A DNA stretch of 64,000 nt from Octopus sinensis (GCF_006345805.1 NC_043011.1:30578464-30642463), one strand, 5' to 3'. Shown: positions 12,871-25,972, counted from the stretch's first letter. The notes: generated by a model from the letters alone, not told the origin. Numbers and translations are program-made.

Positions 12871-13198
12871 GTTATTATCATCATCATCATCCTCATCATC
12901 AGTAGTAGTAGTAGTTGTAATAGTAGTATCTGTTTTCGACTTTATATATATATTTTTCTTCATTTTCACCGTTGGCATTTGGATTAACTACGTCTTTTTT
13001 TCAGAAATTGGATGGTATTTTCTGTGATTATGTCACGCAAACATGTTTCATACGACAAATTAATTTCACTTCAATCAATTATCGCGAAGAATACCTACCA
13101 GCATTTTGAATTTTGCTTTGGTTGTCATGTCAACCAGGCAACAGCTACTAAAATATTAAAGGGAGAAAACATCATCATCATCATTATTATTATTATTA

Positions 13199-13310
<112 letters not shown>

Positions 13311-13334
13311 CATTCAAATGTTATATTTGTTATC

Positions 13335-13600
13335 CTGAGAAGTTGTGACAAGGTTTCTCATATCTAACTCGTCTTTCTTAGAATTCTTGCAGGAATAGGA
13401 TGGCACGTTTCGGTAGGTCTACAATATGTCTCAATTGCGATATTCTTCTGTCTCTTTGATAACAGTTTGGATATTGTGATTTGTGAACCAATTAGCACAG
13501 GAGTAGCTGTCACTTTTAGCTTCCAAAAACTCTTCAGTTCTCTTGTATGCCTGTATTTATACTCATTTTGCACTAGTTTATTACGTTTTCTTATACGACT
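13335..13600 (-). pseudogene. Decayed R4/Dong-like LINE endonuclease C-terminus next to (TAA)n
   Basis: KYRHTRELKSFWKLKVTATPVLIG...ARILRK resembles the C-terminus at 50603-50842. Confidence 0.65.
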
Positions 13601-13824
13601 ATGTATACTTTCGTTCTCTTTCCCATAAATTCTCCGTTTGTTCTGAGTGACTTTTATCTATAGACGTCGTCGTCATCATCATCATATACATAAATTATAT
13701 TGATAAAAATGGTAAGACAACACAAGAATGAAAGAGACCTCGATATTATGTAAATAGAGGAATTCATCTGTAAATGTAATATGTGACAATTATTCGGTAG
13801 CCATAGCATTTTTTCCGATGGCCG

Positions 13825-13885
13825 GATAACTGAAGAGATGGCAGCGTAGATTTCCACCTCGGCATCTGAAACTCGGAGTTTTATC
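13825..13885 (+). ncRNA. Type I hammerhead ribozyme motif
   Basis: GATAA-CTGAAGA-GATG...CATC-t-GAAA-CTCGGA-GTT-TTATC; stem III ACTC-G-GAGT; second copy at 46401. Confidence 0.7.
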
Positions 13886-13979
13886 ATGGCTACTGAATAA
13901 TTGTCACCTTTTACATTTATTGATATATAAATTATATATATAAATTTTATATATATATATAGTAATATATATATATATA

Positions 13980-14027
<48 letters not shown>

Positions 14028-14184
14028 GTGTGCGTGTGTGTATTATATATATATATATAAATATATATATATAAAAGCTACCAATTTTGGGGAAGAGGCT
14101 AACCACCATAACCACCATCGTCATCATCATCATTATCACCATCACCATCGTTATCATCACTATCGTTATCATCACCATCATCAC

Positions 14185-14229
<45 letters not shown>

Positions 14230-14583
14230 TATCATCAGTAGTAGTAGTTGCAGCAGCAGCAGCAGAAGCAGCTTTTTGATCTTGCTCTTGATGTTTTCTT
14301 GCTCTTACTCTTGTTCTTTATTTTTTGTTTGTTTTGGTTGCAGTGGTAGAATTTTTTATTGTTGTTGTTCTTCTTCTTCCTCTTCTTTTGCTATTTCTTC
14401 AAATTTTATCATTTTGCTTTCAACCTGCGTGGCTGATATCATATTATCTTGTCGTGTCTCATTCAGCACTCTAGGGCAAGCGAAGCTTAAGAGCTGTTTA
14501 GATGTAGTTGAAAGTTTGGGGAGAGAAAGTAGGGAGAACAGTACAGAAATACATTCATATAACTTATTATTATTATTATTATT

Positions 14584-15117
14584 GAGTGAGAGAGCAGTTC
14601 ATGCCATCAAAGTGACACTGGGGTAAAATATACGAAGCCCAATATACCCATCATGACTACCCGTCTGATAAAGGTACACCAGGCACATGCATCACAACCA
14701 TATGTGCGCGACATGGTGATCTCATATCAAGATAAACAGCATATGACCTTGCAGGTGGGGCCCAGTTAGAATTTTCTTCAGGTTGAGTAGCCCATCCCGC
14801 TCAAAAGGTCCCTGAATAAGGATTGTTTAAGGATGTTGAAAGAACCACCCGTGTTTCCAGAGGTGAATTATTCAAACCCCAAAGAATCCCTCTCAACACA
14901 TGGCTATGATGCTCCCCCACTACTTCTACTCGTGATCAGAGATGCACATATCGTCAGCCACTAAGGGACATGCTCAACTGGTTATGGTCAAACAACTGAC
15001 AAGCAAATCTGTGGTATTGAGCAGAATATTTGCTGTAGCCCATCTTTTATACCAAGACAAAACAATGTACATGATAACACTTCCAATCAATTAAGATCAG
15101 AAGCCATGAGAGCCACT
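14584..15117 (-). mobile_element. (TAA)n-embedded retroposon 3' segment, copy 1
   Basis: Highly similar to 15851-16320 and 15301-15480; all begin at the same base directly after a (TTA)n tract and differ in length at the other end. Confidence 0.7.
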
Positions 15118-15118
15118 G

Positions 15119-15261
15119 CTGGTTAAGGTCAAACAACTGACAAGCAAATCTGTGGACTGGTTAAGGTCAAACAACTGACAAGCAAATCTGTGGACTGGTT
15201 AAGGTCAAACAACTGACAAGCAAATCTGTGGACTGGTTAAGGTCAAACAAGTGACAAGCAA

Positions 15262-15262
<1 letters not shown>
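15119..15262. repeat. 38-bp tandem repeat (~3.8 copies) derived from the adjacent retroposon
   Basis: Unit GGTTAAGGTCAAACAACTGACAAGCAAATCTGTGGACT, no spacers. Confidence 0.9.
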
Positions 15263-15300
<38 letters not shown>

Positions 15301-15514
15301 GAGTGAGGGAGCAGTGCATGCCATCAAAGTGACATGGGTACAAATATACGAAGCCCAATATACGCATCATTACTACCCGTCTGATAAGGGTATACCAGTC
15401 GCATGCATCACAACCCTATGTGCACAACACGGTGACCTTGTATCAATATAAACAGCGGATCATTTTGCAGGTGGGACCCATATTATTATTGTTGTTGTTG
15501 TTGTTGTTTTACTT

Positions 15515-15812
15515 TTAATCTGCATGTTTGTTACAATCACTTGCCGAGACACACCCAGTCTCCCGGGGCGAGTAAAGAATAAAAGATGTTACAGTATGAC
15601 TGAAGGCTTAGGGAGGGTAATTAGCGAAATATCTTTATGTAATGCAACACATACATTTAAATGAATAGGGTTTTCCTAAGGATGTGGGCAGTACTTGTCA
15701 GCACAATCTTTTGGGATCTCATCTAGCTATTTCTGATACCCCTTTTATTATCATACCTAGGGCACCTACAATAACAGGAAAAGTTCTTGCTTTAAGATGC
15801 CAAAAATTAAAT
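15515..15812 (-). pseudogene. R4/Dong-like LINE 3' end
   Basis: PVIVGALGMI and TSTAHILRKTL motifs; TTA/TTG flanks. Confidence 0.7.
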
Positions 15813-15850
15813 TTATTATTATTGTTATTATTATTATTATTATTATTATT

Positions 15851-16320
15851 GAGTGAGAGAGCAGTTCATGCCATCGAAGTGACACTGGGGTAAAATATAC
15901 GAAGCCCAATATACCCATCATGACTACCCGTCTGATAAGGGTACACCAGGCACATGCATCACAACCATATGTGCGCGACATGGTGATCTCATATCAAGAT
16001 AAACAGCACATGACCTTGCAGGTGGGGCCCAGTTAGAATTTTCTTCAGGTTGAGTAGCCCATCCCGCTCAAAAGGTCCCTGAATAAGGGTTGTTTAAGGA
16101 TGTTGAAAAAACCACCCATGTTTCCAGAGGTGAATTATTCAAACCCCAAAGAATCCCTCTCAACACATGGCTATGATGCTCCCCAACTACTTCTGCTCGT
16201 GATCAGAGATGCACATATCGTCAGCCACTAAGGGACATGCTCAACTGGTTAAGGTCAAACAACTGACAAGCAAATCTGTGGTATTGAGCAGAATATTTGC
16301 TGTAGCCCATCTTTTATACC
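15851..16320 (-). mobile_element. (TAA)n-embedded retroposon 3' segment, copy 3
   Basis: Near-identical to 14584-15055; (TTA)n on both sides. Confidence 0.7.
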
Positions 16321-16370
<50 letters not shown>

Positions 16371-16515
16371 TCATATTATTATTAATATTAAGGCGGTGAG
16401 CTGACTGAATCGTTGGCACGAAAATTGACTTGAAGAAAGAATCCCGAATGACTTTTGATCATTGATTATAATTCATTCTTTGGGTTCTAAAGACGATATG
16501 ATGATAATAATAGTA

Positions 16516-16730
16516 TTGATTTCAAATTTTGGCACAATGCTAGCAATTTTGGAAGAGGCTAAGTCGATTACATCGACCCCTGTACTCAAATGGTACTTAT
16601 TTGATCTATCCCAAAAGGATGAAAAACAAAGTCAATCACGGTGGAATTTGAACTCAGAACGTAAAGACAGACCAAATGCAGTAAAGCATGTTATCCGGCG
16701 TGCTAAGCATTCTGCCAGCTCATTGCCTTC
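16516..16730 (-). mobile_element. SINE family C
   Basis: Core and head match other C copies. Confidence 0.8.
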
Positions 16731-17248
16731 ATAATAATAATAATGATAATATCATGTAAACACTATTTTGGATCGCAATTTACAGATAAACAACAGAAGT
16801 GATTAGGCGATCAGTGTTGTTCTGCCAGTAAAAAATCTATCCAGTTACTTGCTCCAAATTGTTAAGATGCCATTGAAGCTAGACATTATCTGACAGTGCA
16901 GTATGTCAAACGACAACAATGAAAAGATTTGAATGTTTTCAATGTACTCTGAGGATTACGAGTGCAATGTCTCTGAGAATTACGAGTGCAGAATAATTTC
17001 AAAAGTTTTCGTTTGTAAAGCTCCTGGTTTTCGCTTTCTCGCCCATATACATCAAAACTTGGTGAATGTATCCTTCGATGATGTATAAGTGAAAGATACA
17101 GATGTACGTGCACACACGCGCATGCACATTGTATTTCCCTGCTCATAAGATATTGCAAATGATAATTTGCATTCTGTAATTAACAAAGTAGGTGGCCTGG
17201 CAAAATTTACTCTAAAATGAAAAAGAAAAAGAGAGCATACATATACAC

Positions 17249-17410
17249 AGGCACAGGAGTGGCTGTGTGGTAAGTAGCTTGCTTACCAACCGCATGGTTC
17301 CGGGTTCAGTCCCACTGCGTGGCATCTTGGGCAAGTGTCTTCTGCTATAGCCTCGGGCTGACCGAAGCCTTGTGAGTGGATTTGGTAGACGGAAACTGAA
17401 AGAAGCCTGT

Positions 17411-17475
<65 letters not shown>

Positions 17476-17690
17476 ATATGTTTGTGTGTCTGTGTTTGTC
17501 CCCCTAGCATTGCTTGACAACCGATGCTGGTGTGTTTACGTCCCCGTAACTTAGCGGTTCGGCAAAAGAGACCGATAGAATAAGTACTAGGCTTACAAAG
17601 AATAAGTCCCGGGGTCGATTTGCTCGATTAAAGGCGGTGCTCCAGCATGGCCGCAGTCAAATGACTGAAACAAGTAAAAGAGAAAAGAGA
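17249..17690 (+). mobile_element. SINE family A, full length
   Basis: Head, core, TA tract and tail all present. Confidence 0.9.
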
Positions 17691-18444
17691 TACATATACA
17701 TACATACATACATGTATATAAATACATGTATGTATGTACGTATGTATGTACGACGACTTCCGCACAGTTTTCAATTATCAAATTCCTTTCATATGATACT
17801 AGTGAATTCGAGGCTATGGTAGAAGATAATTTGCATAAGATGCAGCGCATTGGAGCTGAATTCAGGATGACATAGTAGCGAGTGCAAACTTCTTAACTAC
17901 ATTGTTATTTTCACGTCCTACTAGTGAGACAACACAAAATATTCTGAATTGCCTGTTAACTAAATTTCTCGACGTTTGATTTGATTTTTATAGCTTTCTT
18001 TTGTTCTTTTATACTAAGTAACATTCAGATGGTGTGAGAATAATATAAATGACAGTTTTTGAGAGATAAGCAATGATATACATGAGTTAATGGTGTAGTG
18101 GGGGAAAAATTTCAAGCCTGACGTACTTACTGACAACTGGAGCTAATGGAAAGTTTTTTTGTTTTGTTTGCAGATTAGTTTTAACAAGTTTAATTGCTGG
18201 TTGTGCTAGTTCAGAGCAATTCACAGAGAATCTTTGATAACCTCTCAATTAGCCAGACGTGACACTTAATTAGCTCTGGTGTGGTATATTGTTTAAAGTC
18301 TTGCTGTTTAGCCCTAGGTCATCTGTGAAAGAGGCAATGCTAAATGATCAAAAGCGTTCCAGCTATCACCATCTTCGCTTAGATTTTTTTTTCAGACATA
18401 ATGCGTCTTAAGTCAATTGTTTTGCAATATCTTAGTCATGGGAA

Positions 18445-18646
18445 AGGCGGTAAGCGGGTAGAATCGTTACTGCTTATTGGCATTTTGCCTGTTTTTACCT
18501 TTTGGGTTCAAATGTTGCCGGGGTTGACTTTGCCTTTCATTCTTTCGGAGTCGATCGAATAAGTACCAGTTGAGCACTGGAGTCAATGAAATTGGCTAGC
18601 TCCTTCCCCCAAACCTTCTGGCCTTGTGCCAAAATTTGAAACTAAT
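18445..18646 (+). mobile_element. SINE family C
   Basis: AAGGCGGTAAGC head, GGGTTCAAAT B box, GACTTTGCCTTTCAT core. Confidence 0.8.
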
Positions 18647-19503
18647 ATCTCAGTCATAGGAGAAAGTCTCTGGGACTGGAAACAGAAGAAAAGTTTTCTT
18701 GAAACTGAAAACCTCAGCCGAATGCTAGAAATAAAGTGGATTAGCTACCTCAAGTGCTAAGTGGCGAGATTAAAGCTACCATAGACAAAGATGGTAGAAT
18801 GTTATTTGAAAGCGATTTAACTGCTATTTTCATCATGACGAGTGACAACGTAGTGGTGTTATCATTGGAGCGTGTATTTTATTATCTTTAATTTAGAGTG
18901 AATTTGCTAAAACATTCAAGCTCCAAGCGGTACGGTTAAGTTTAAAACAAAAGATGGCAGAGTTATATGAGGGAAATTTAACTGATATTTCTAGTAGGCC
19001 AGTCAACCACGTACGAACGCCATTATTGGCGCGTGCACTTTATTATATTAGATTAGTAGGCATGTTTTGTTTCTTCATGGTTTAATCAAAGAGATAACGT
19101 CGAGTATTTCTTTTGTTTGGGGATTTTCCAAGATTTGTTATCAGCTTAATTTTAGGCCATTAATGAATAAATTATTCTTCTTCATTCAGTCTATTTAGAG
19201 GGAAAATACCCAATGTTTGCAATTTAAATAAATATCACACACACATACGCTCACTTATTTTATATGTCTTTATGTCTGTTGTTGTTATGTAAGTTGACAT
19301 GTGTGCATTTTTCAAGTTAACTTTAGTTAATAAAGACAGAACCTCGTTTATAAATTTAGCTTTTTACCAAAAATCAAAAATGAAGTCGAAATCCTATACA
19401 AATTTACGCCTAATGAACCGGATCAATATCTGTAGATGTCTAAAGATCTGTAGAAGTCTAAAGATCCATGGTCCTCCCTGAATCTCCCTCTTACTTTAAT
19501 TAA

Positions 19504-19715
19504 CCCATTAAGTTCCACTGTCCGATAAATAGGACACCAAATGAGAACATCAAATAAGCTATATCACATTATCTCAGTGTCCTATTTATAGGACACCGAG
19601 TATTTCCATTTCTAAAGGAGTTTTAATATCTTTTTTTCATTTTAACATATTTTCAAACATCTGTAAAAATTTTAAAGTAATATTCAGCAATTTAAGTACT
19701 CTGGGTCTTAATGAG
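19504..19715. mobile_element. piggyBac-type MITE
   Basis: TTAA|CCCATTAAG ... CTTAATGAG|TTAA with TTAA TSD; internal TGTCC..AT..AGGACA repeats. Confidence 0.6.
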
Positions 19716-19905
19716 TTAACTCATATATATATATATTTATTTATCTATTTATTTATATATATATACATACATATATATATATATGTGTATATATATGTAT
19801 ATATATATTTACATATATATATTTATTTATAGATATATTTATATATATGTATGTATGTATGTATGTATATATATGTGTGTGTGTGTGTGTGGTGTGTGTG
19901 TGTGT

Positions 19906-20236
19906 GGCACTCTGTCGGTTACGACGTCGAAGGTTCCAGTTGGTCCGATCAACGAAACAGCCTGCTCGTGAAATTAACGTACAAGTGGCTGAGCACTCCA
20001 CAGACACGTAGTTCCTGGGGAGATTCAGAGTGACACAGAGTGTGACAAGACTGGACCTTTGAAATACAGGTACAACAGAAACAGGAAGAAAGAGTGAGAG
20101 AAAATGTTGGTGAAAGAGTACAGCAGGGTTCGCCCCCCCCCCCTGCTGGAGTCTCGTGGAACTATACGTGTTTTCACTCAATAAACACTCACAACGCCCG
20201 GTCTGCTACCCTAAACACTGAGCCATTGCGCCTCCA
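19906..20236 (-). mobile_element. SINE family B (internally deleted)
   Basis: Matches 7061-7441. Confidence 0.85.
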
Positions 20237-20260
20237 CACACATACACACACACACACACA

Positions 20261-20342
<82 letters not shown>

Positions 20343-20766
20343 GCAGGAGTGGCTGTTTGGTAAGTAGCTTGCTAACCAACCACATGGTTCCGGGTTCAGT
20401 CCCACTGCGTGGCATCTTGGGCAAGTGTCTTCTGCTATAGCCCCGGGCCGACCAATGCCTTGTGAGTGGATTTGGTAGACGGAAACTGAAAGAAGCCTGT
20501 CGTATATATGTATATATATATATAAGTGTGTGTGAATATGTTTGTGTGTCTGTGTTTGTTTCCCTAGCATTGCTTGACAACCGATGCTGGTGTGTTTACG
20601 TCCCTGTCACCTAGCGGTTCAGCAAAAGAGACCGATAGAATAAGTACTGGGCTTACAAAGAATAAGTCCTGGGGTCGATTTGCTCGACTAAAGGCGGTGC
20701 TCCAGCATGGCCGCAGTCAAATGACTGAAACAAGTAAAAAGAGTAAAAAAAGAGAGAAAAAGAGTA
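20343..20766 (+). mobile_element. SINE family A, full length
   Basis: Matches 6117-6526. Confidence 0.9.
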
Positions 20767-20844
20767 ATATATATATATATATATATACATAAATGCATGC
20801 ATACGTACATACATACATAATACATACATACATACATACATGCA

Positions 20845-21556
20845 CAAAAGGGATAGAGATACGGGAAAAGCCGTAAAATGTGATTACCAATGCAGATTTT
20901 TGCGGAGTTCACACTGAAGATATCACCCACATCATAAGCAGTTGTCCGAAAATGTCATCACAGTGCTATCTACCGATAAGACATGGCGTTGTAGCTAGGA
21001 CACTCTATAATGAAATCCATCGGAAGGATAATCCCGTGGACAAAGAAATGAAAACCCACAATATGGTAGAAGCCATAGCCACTCAAAATGAAAAAGAATA
21101 CCGGTGGAATGTACCAGTGAAGACCTCAATAAAATGTAAGCACAACAGACCTGATATAATGTTTTCGTATAGAGAAAAGAAACTGTGCGCAGTTGTGGAA
21201 ATTAGCTGCCCAGCGGATGTTAACATAAAGCTGAGGATGAGTGAAAAAGAGAACACTCATGCTGAACTATTGAGAAATCTGCAGTTACTCTATCCAGAAT
21301 ACAAGTTCAGGTTTATGCCTGTAGTTATTGGCGCCCTGGGATACGTAACACACTGCATAAATACCAATCTTGAGAAATTAGGCTTCTCAAAACCAAAAAG
21401 GAGAAAGCTAATTCGAAGACTACAGATCAAGTCCATCACTAGAACTCTAAAAATCTGTAAAACTTTCCAGAAGTTTATCATTTTAATATATATGAACATA
21501 TGTAGATATGTAACTATATGTATGAGAATACATACATAAAACATACAAATCTGCAC
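20845..21556 (+). pseudogene. 5'-truncated R4/Dong-like LINE (CCHC finger plus restriction-like endonuclease) in (TACA)n
   Basis: FCG..EDITHIISSC, RH.VV, HNRPDI, VVEISCP, PVVIGALG; TACA repeats on both sides. Confidence 0.88.
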
Positions 21557-21614
21557 ATACATACATACATACATACATACATAAATACATACATACATAC
21601 ATACATACATACAC

Positions 21615-21656
<42 letters not shown>

Positions 21657-21660
<4 letters not shown>

Positions 21661-22300
21661 CGCCCTCTTATTCTATCTCTATTTTTTCTATCTCCCTGTC
21701 TAGTTCTTCCTTTCTGTTTTTCTCTCCCACACTTTCCCTATTCTTTTCTTCTCCCTTTCACCGTTCCCCTCTCTCTCTCACTCTTCCCCCTTGATTCTCC
21801 CGTTGCTCACACGTGACCAACGGCCATCCATCTTACTTTCTTCCACTTCCTTCCTAAGACAAGACATGCTTTTACCTGTCTCTTCTCAATGCTCGTTTTT
21901 CCATCGTTCACCACTTCAAATCGTCTTGGCTTAACATCCTCTCCGTTTATTTCTACTGTTTTGTTCTCACTGTCCTGTTTTTGTTACCACTTTCACTCTC
22001 TGCAAAAATTCTCAAATTTCATTTAATTTGCTTTGCGGGAAGGACTGTTTTAAAGAAGTCACGTCTTGTCCCTACCTTCGAAACACGGAGTACATAAAAC
22101 AGGGGACAACTGATGAAGTGAATATTCTTTATGTTGCGTGTCTCGTTTCTCTGATTGTTTCTTTCGTTGTTCGAAGAAAAGTTCGTTTTCTATGTTTTTG
22201 TTTTTTTTTTATGTTCTCGCTTCTCATTTTGTCTACGATTTTTTTATGTCCTCTACCCATATATGCATGTATATATACATATATATGTAGGTATGTACAT
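21657..22300 (+). mobile_element. Unclassified ~600-bp TA-embedded repeat, copy 1
   Basis: Pyrimidine-rich; homologous in reverse orientation to 55690-56215. Confidence 0.7.
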
Positions 22301-22332
22301 ATATATATGTATATATGCATATATTTATATAT

Positions 22333-22427
<95 letters not shown>

Positions 22428-22525
22428 GTATATGTGTGTGTATGCAAAGGGCAAGACCGTTAGGTAGTCGGCCGTATGCTAGAAATAGATCACCAACGAT
22501 CAAACTACAAAGAATATTCTCTAGA

Positions 22526-22558
<33 letters not shown>

Positions 22559-23208
22559 GATTCTTAAGACGCTTATCTCACCCATATCTCCCCGTAAAAC
22601 AAGAAATTTAGTCAAATGTTAGCCAATATTCACGAGAAAGTCGTTTCTCTGTCTCAATTAGAGATTATTCTAGTAAAATCAAATATTACGAGAACTTCTG
22701 TTGATTGAGCTTCAGGCCCTCATTCCGCATCATCTTGCAGAGGATGCAGTAAGCGAAAAATCAACTTCATTCCTTCCCTGTCTTGGTGACAGGGAAGGGA
22801 ATAAATAGACAGAAACAAGAACGTGGTGGTACTAAAGTAAATACACAATGATCACATCTTTATGCTCCAAAAGTTTAGTGATTTGATATTCTCCTGCTTT
22901 AAAAATTGCACTGTATTTGCAATAAAAAAGTTATAACCCGAAGGTAACAACAAACAGCAAATAGTCATCATCACAGATGTGTATCTGATTGTTCCATTAT
23001 TAGAACGACTACACAAGTCTCTAGTGTATTTTTATATGTCTGCACACACCACACACACACACGCACACACACACACACACACAACACACACACACACACA
23101 CACATACACACACATACACACACACACATATATATATATATAAACATATATATACATACATATATATATATACACACACACAACACCACACACACACACA
23201 CACACACA

Positions 23209-23272
<64 letters not shown>

Positions 23273-23520
23273 GCATTAGCGCCAAAGAGTGATAAAGAAT
23301 AAATGAACTTTAGGTTCGTTAAAATATGTTTGTGACATATTTAACTTGTAAGCACAAATTCAGTGATGTTACAGTGGTAAAAGGTGTAAAAACACCATAT
23401 CTGGTCAATGCTTCCCTCTAGCGGAATCCCAGACGTACATTTCTGGCTCTTTAGCCTTCAGTTGGAAACACCAAGACAGATTCAAAACCACCATAGCTTT
23501 AGCTAAAAAATAGTCAGTAT

Positions 23521-23555
<35 letters not shown>

Positions 23556-23694
23556 CTACAGATGTGACTCAGAAATTCTCGGTATAGACGACATTTAGTA
23601 ATGCTCAAAAGATTCAAACTTGGACTCCGATGTCTTTACAGGGGATCGAGTTTACAAGGTGAAGAGAGGCTATGAGAAGAATCACGTTGAGCCG

Positions 23695-23800
23695 GTATAG
23701 AGGCAGTTATGCGGATAAACAATTAGACACATTAAATATATCAGATATATTAAATATATTTGATGTGTCTAATTGCTTATCCGCATAATTGCCTCTATAC
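23695..23800. repeat. Inverted repeat (hairpin), ~45-bp arms
   Basis: GTATAGAGGCAGTTATGCGGATAAACAATTAGACACAT... / ...ATGTGTCTAATTGCTTATCCGCATAATTGCCTCTATAC. Confidence 0.9.
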
Positions 23801-24243
23801 AGGGCCGGATTAAGACCCATAGAGGCCCTAAGCACTTAAAAGGTTTAGATGCCCTCAAGTATATGGAAATAGTTCAAAATGTAAACAAAGATAATTCAAA
23901 ATGTAAATGATGATAAACCATAAAATAAATTCTATTTTCAAAATGAAACAAAATTCACAGAAAGATGGAAAATAATGTTTGTATTTTTATATTTCCACTT
24001 CGTTTATATTTGAAATGTTTTCTGTTTTTTTTTTATTGCAAAGTGTTCGATGATATCGTTAGAATTAATTCTATGCAAAACTTCTGCTTCTATACTTAGT
24101 AGAGATAAGACATTACGAAGATTATTTTAGCAAGTTTAAAATGATTTCTTTCGTGCCATAAACCATTTTCATTTATGTGGTGCTCCCGTCTCTTCATGCT
24201 CCAAGCACGTGCTTATTTTGCTTAATGGGTTAATCCAGCACTG
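23800..24243. mobile_element. hAT-type MITE
   Basis: TIRs CAGGGCCGGATTAA / TTAATCCAGCACTG; 8-bp TSD CCTCTATA / CCTCTAGA (7/8 match). Confidence 0.75.
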
Positions 24244-24299
24244 CCTCTAGACACATACACACATACACGTGTGTGTGTGTGTGTGTGTGTAATTCAGTC

Positions 24300-24780
24300 T
24301 TCCCTGTGCTATCTTTAATAAGATTTTAAAAGACCTTTAGACTATCTCAACTGTCGTAGCTGGTACTGTACACACTACATAGTAAGATGTGTAAGTTTTT
24401 ATGCTTTACATGTTTTTTAAAGTCCTCTTTAGAAGTTAATGTGGATCATTATCTTCACCAACGCTTCAGACATGTATTGCCAGTGTTCAGTTATCCATTC
24501 AGTTATGCTACGTGCTGTCTCTCCAATGTACGTCGTTGTCCTGTTTCCACACCGTCCCTCTGTATACCTTATATCATTGACTACATTCCTAGTTTTATAG
24601 TTTAATTGTAGGCTTACTTTATACATATAACAGTTCCTATAGGTACAGGGTAGTTCTTTCAAATGGATATGTTCTACAGATCAGAGATTTTATGATGGTT
24701 CCTAGCCTTTAATTCGTAGATTCATCATATGTAAGGTTTTCCTAAAATGATATGCTAGCTCGCATCCAGGGGCAGCATTG
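24300..24780 (-). pseudogene. GIY-YIG endonuclease remnant of a Penelope-like element
   Basis: NVVNDI...YIGETARSITEWITEH matches the VVY...YIGETGR.L..R..EH pattern. Confidence 0.75.
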
Positions 24781-24996
24781 ATGAACATGACACTGACGCT
24801 CTGGTAATTCCGGTTGTCTTACTATGAGCTGGCCTTATCTATCTACCTATCTATCTATTATCTATCTATCTATCTGTCTGTCTGTCTATCTATATATATG
24901 TGTGGGTGTGTGTGTGTACGCGCACATACACACACAGACATATATACAGGCATATATATATATAGGCATATATATATATATACATACATACATACT

Positions 24997-25029
<33 letters not shown>

Positions 25030-25062
25030 GATTCTTATATATATATATATATACATATATAT

Positions 25063-25362
25063 GAGACCCCCTACGATCACGAATGACCATGGGATTGCAC
25101 CTAGAAAGTTACCCTCCGAAGCACAATTCCGGGCAAGGTTGTTTACGGAAGGCCAGCAGTCGCCCAGGCATACCAGCCTCCCCTCTCCACACCACCGATG
25201 TTATCCAAGGGAAAAGCAAAGGGGCCGATACAGCTTGGTGCCAGTGATGTCACAACGGATTTGAACAGCTGAGTTGACAGGAGCAACGTGAAATAAAGTG
25301 TCTTGCTCAAGAACACAACACGCAACCCAGTCCGAGAATCGAACTCACAACCTCATGATCGT
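25063..25362 (-). mobile_element. SINE family D (tRNA-like head, TGTGTTCTTGAGCAAGACACTTT core)
   Basis: B box GAGTTCGATTC on minus strand; single copy in window. Confidence 0.65.
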
Positions 25363-25972
25363 ATGTATACACACATATATAGATATGTCTATAAACACGC
25401 AGGTATGTGTGAATGTGTATATAAGTACTTGTTTTTATAAGTATGTATGTATGTATGTATGTATGTATGTATGTATGTATGTATGTATGTATGTGTATGT
25501 ATCTAACATATCTATTTATATACTCATAAATTATAGAAAGGTTACGTGCATTGGGTGGTATGCAGATATACGTAAATAAGAGGGCGTATGCAGATTAGAG
25601 GCCGTGTATATTTGAATATATTGTATGACAACAATATATATATCCGTTAACATGTCCTTGTGTAAATGAGTAATGGTGAATGGGTTTCTAAACAAACAAA
25701 CAACAACAACGACTTACAAACAAATAGAATCCAATTATTAAATATGAAGCAAAATAAACGATTAATTAATTATCTAATTCATTATGGAACGTTTCAAGAA
25801 TACAACAGTGGTAGCAATTACGTATTTAGTTACGTTAGAACTATCAAAAGTTTCACGTTTTTAGACGGGAAGAGAAATACTTGTCTATTATAGACGTTAT
25901 TTTAATGTTTATCCATTGTATCATCAGGCTGGTTCACTGCGACACAGGAACCAAGGACACAGGAATCTAGTC

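Noticed and set aside
15119-15262. CRISPR-like 38-bp repeats
   Set aside because: No spacers, eukaryotic context, derived from the adjacent retroposon
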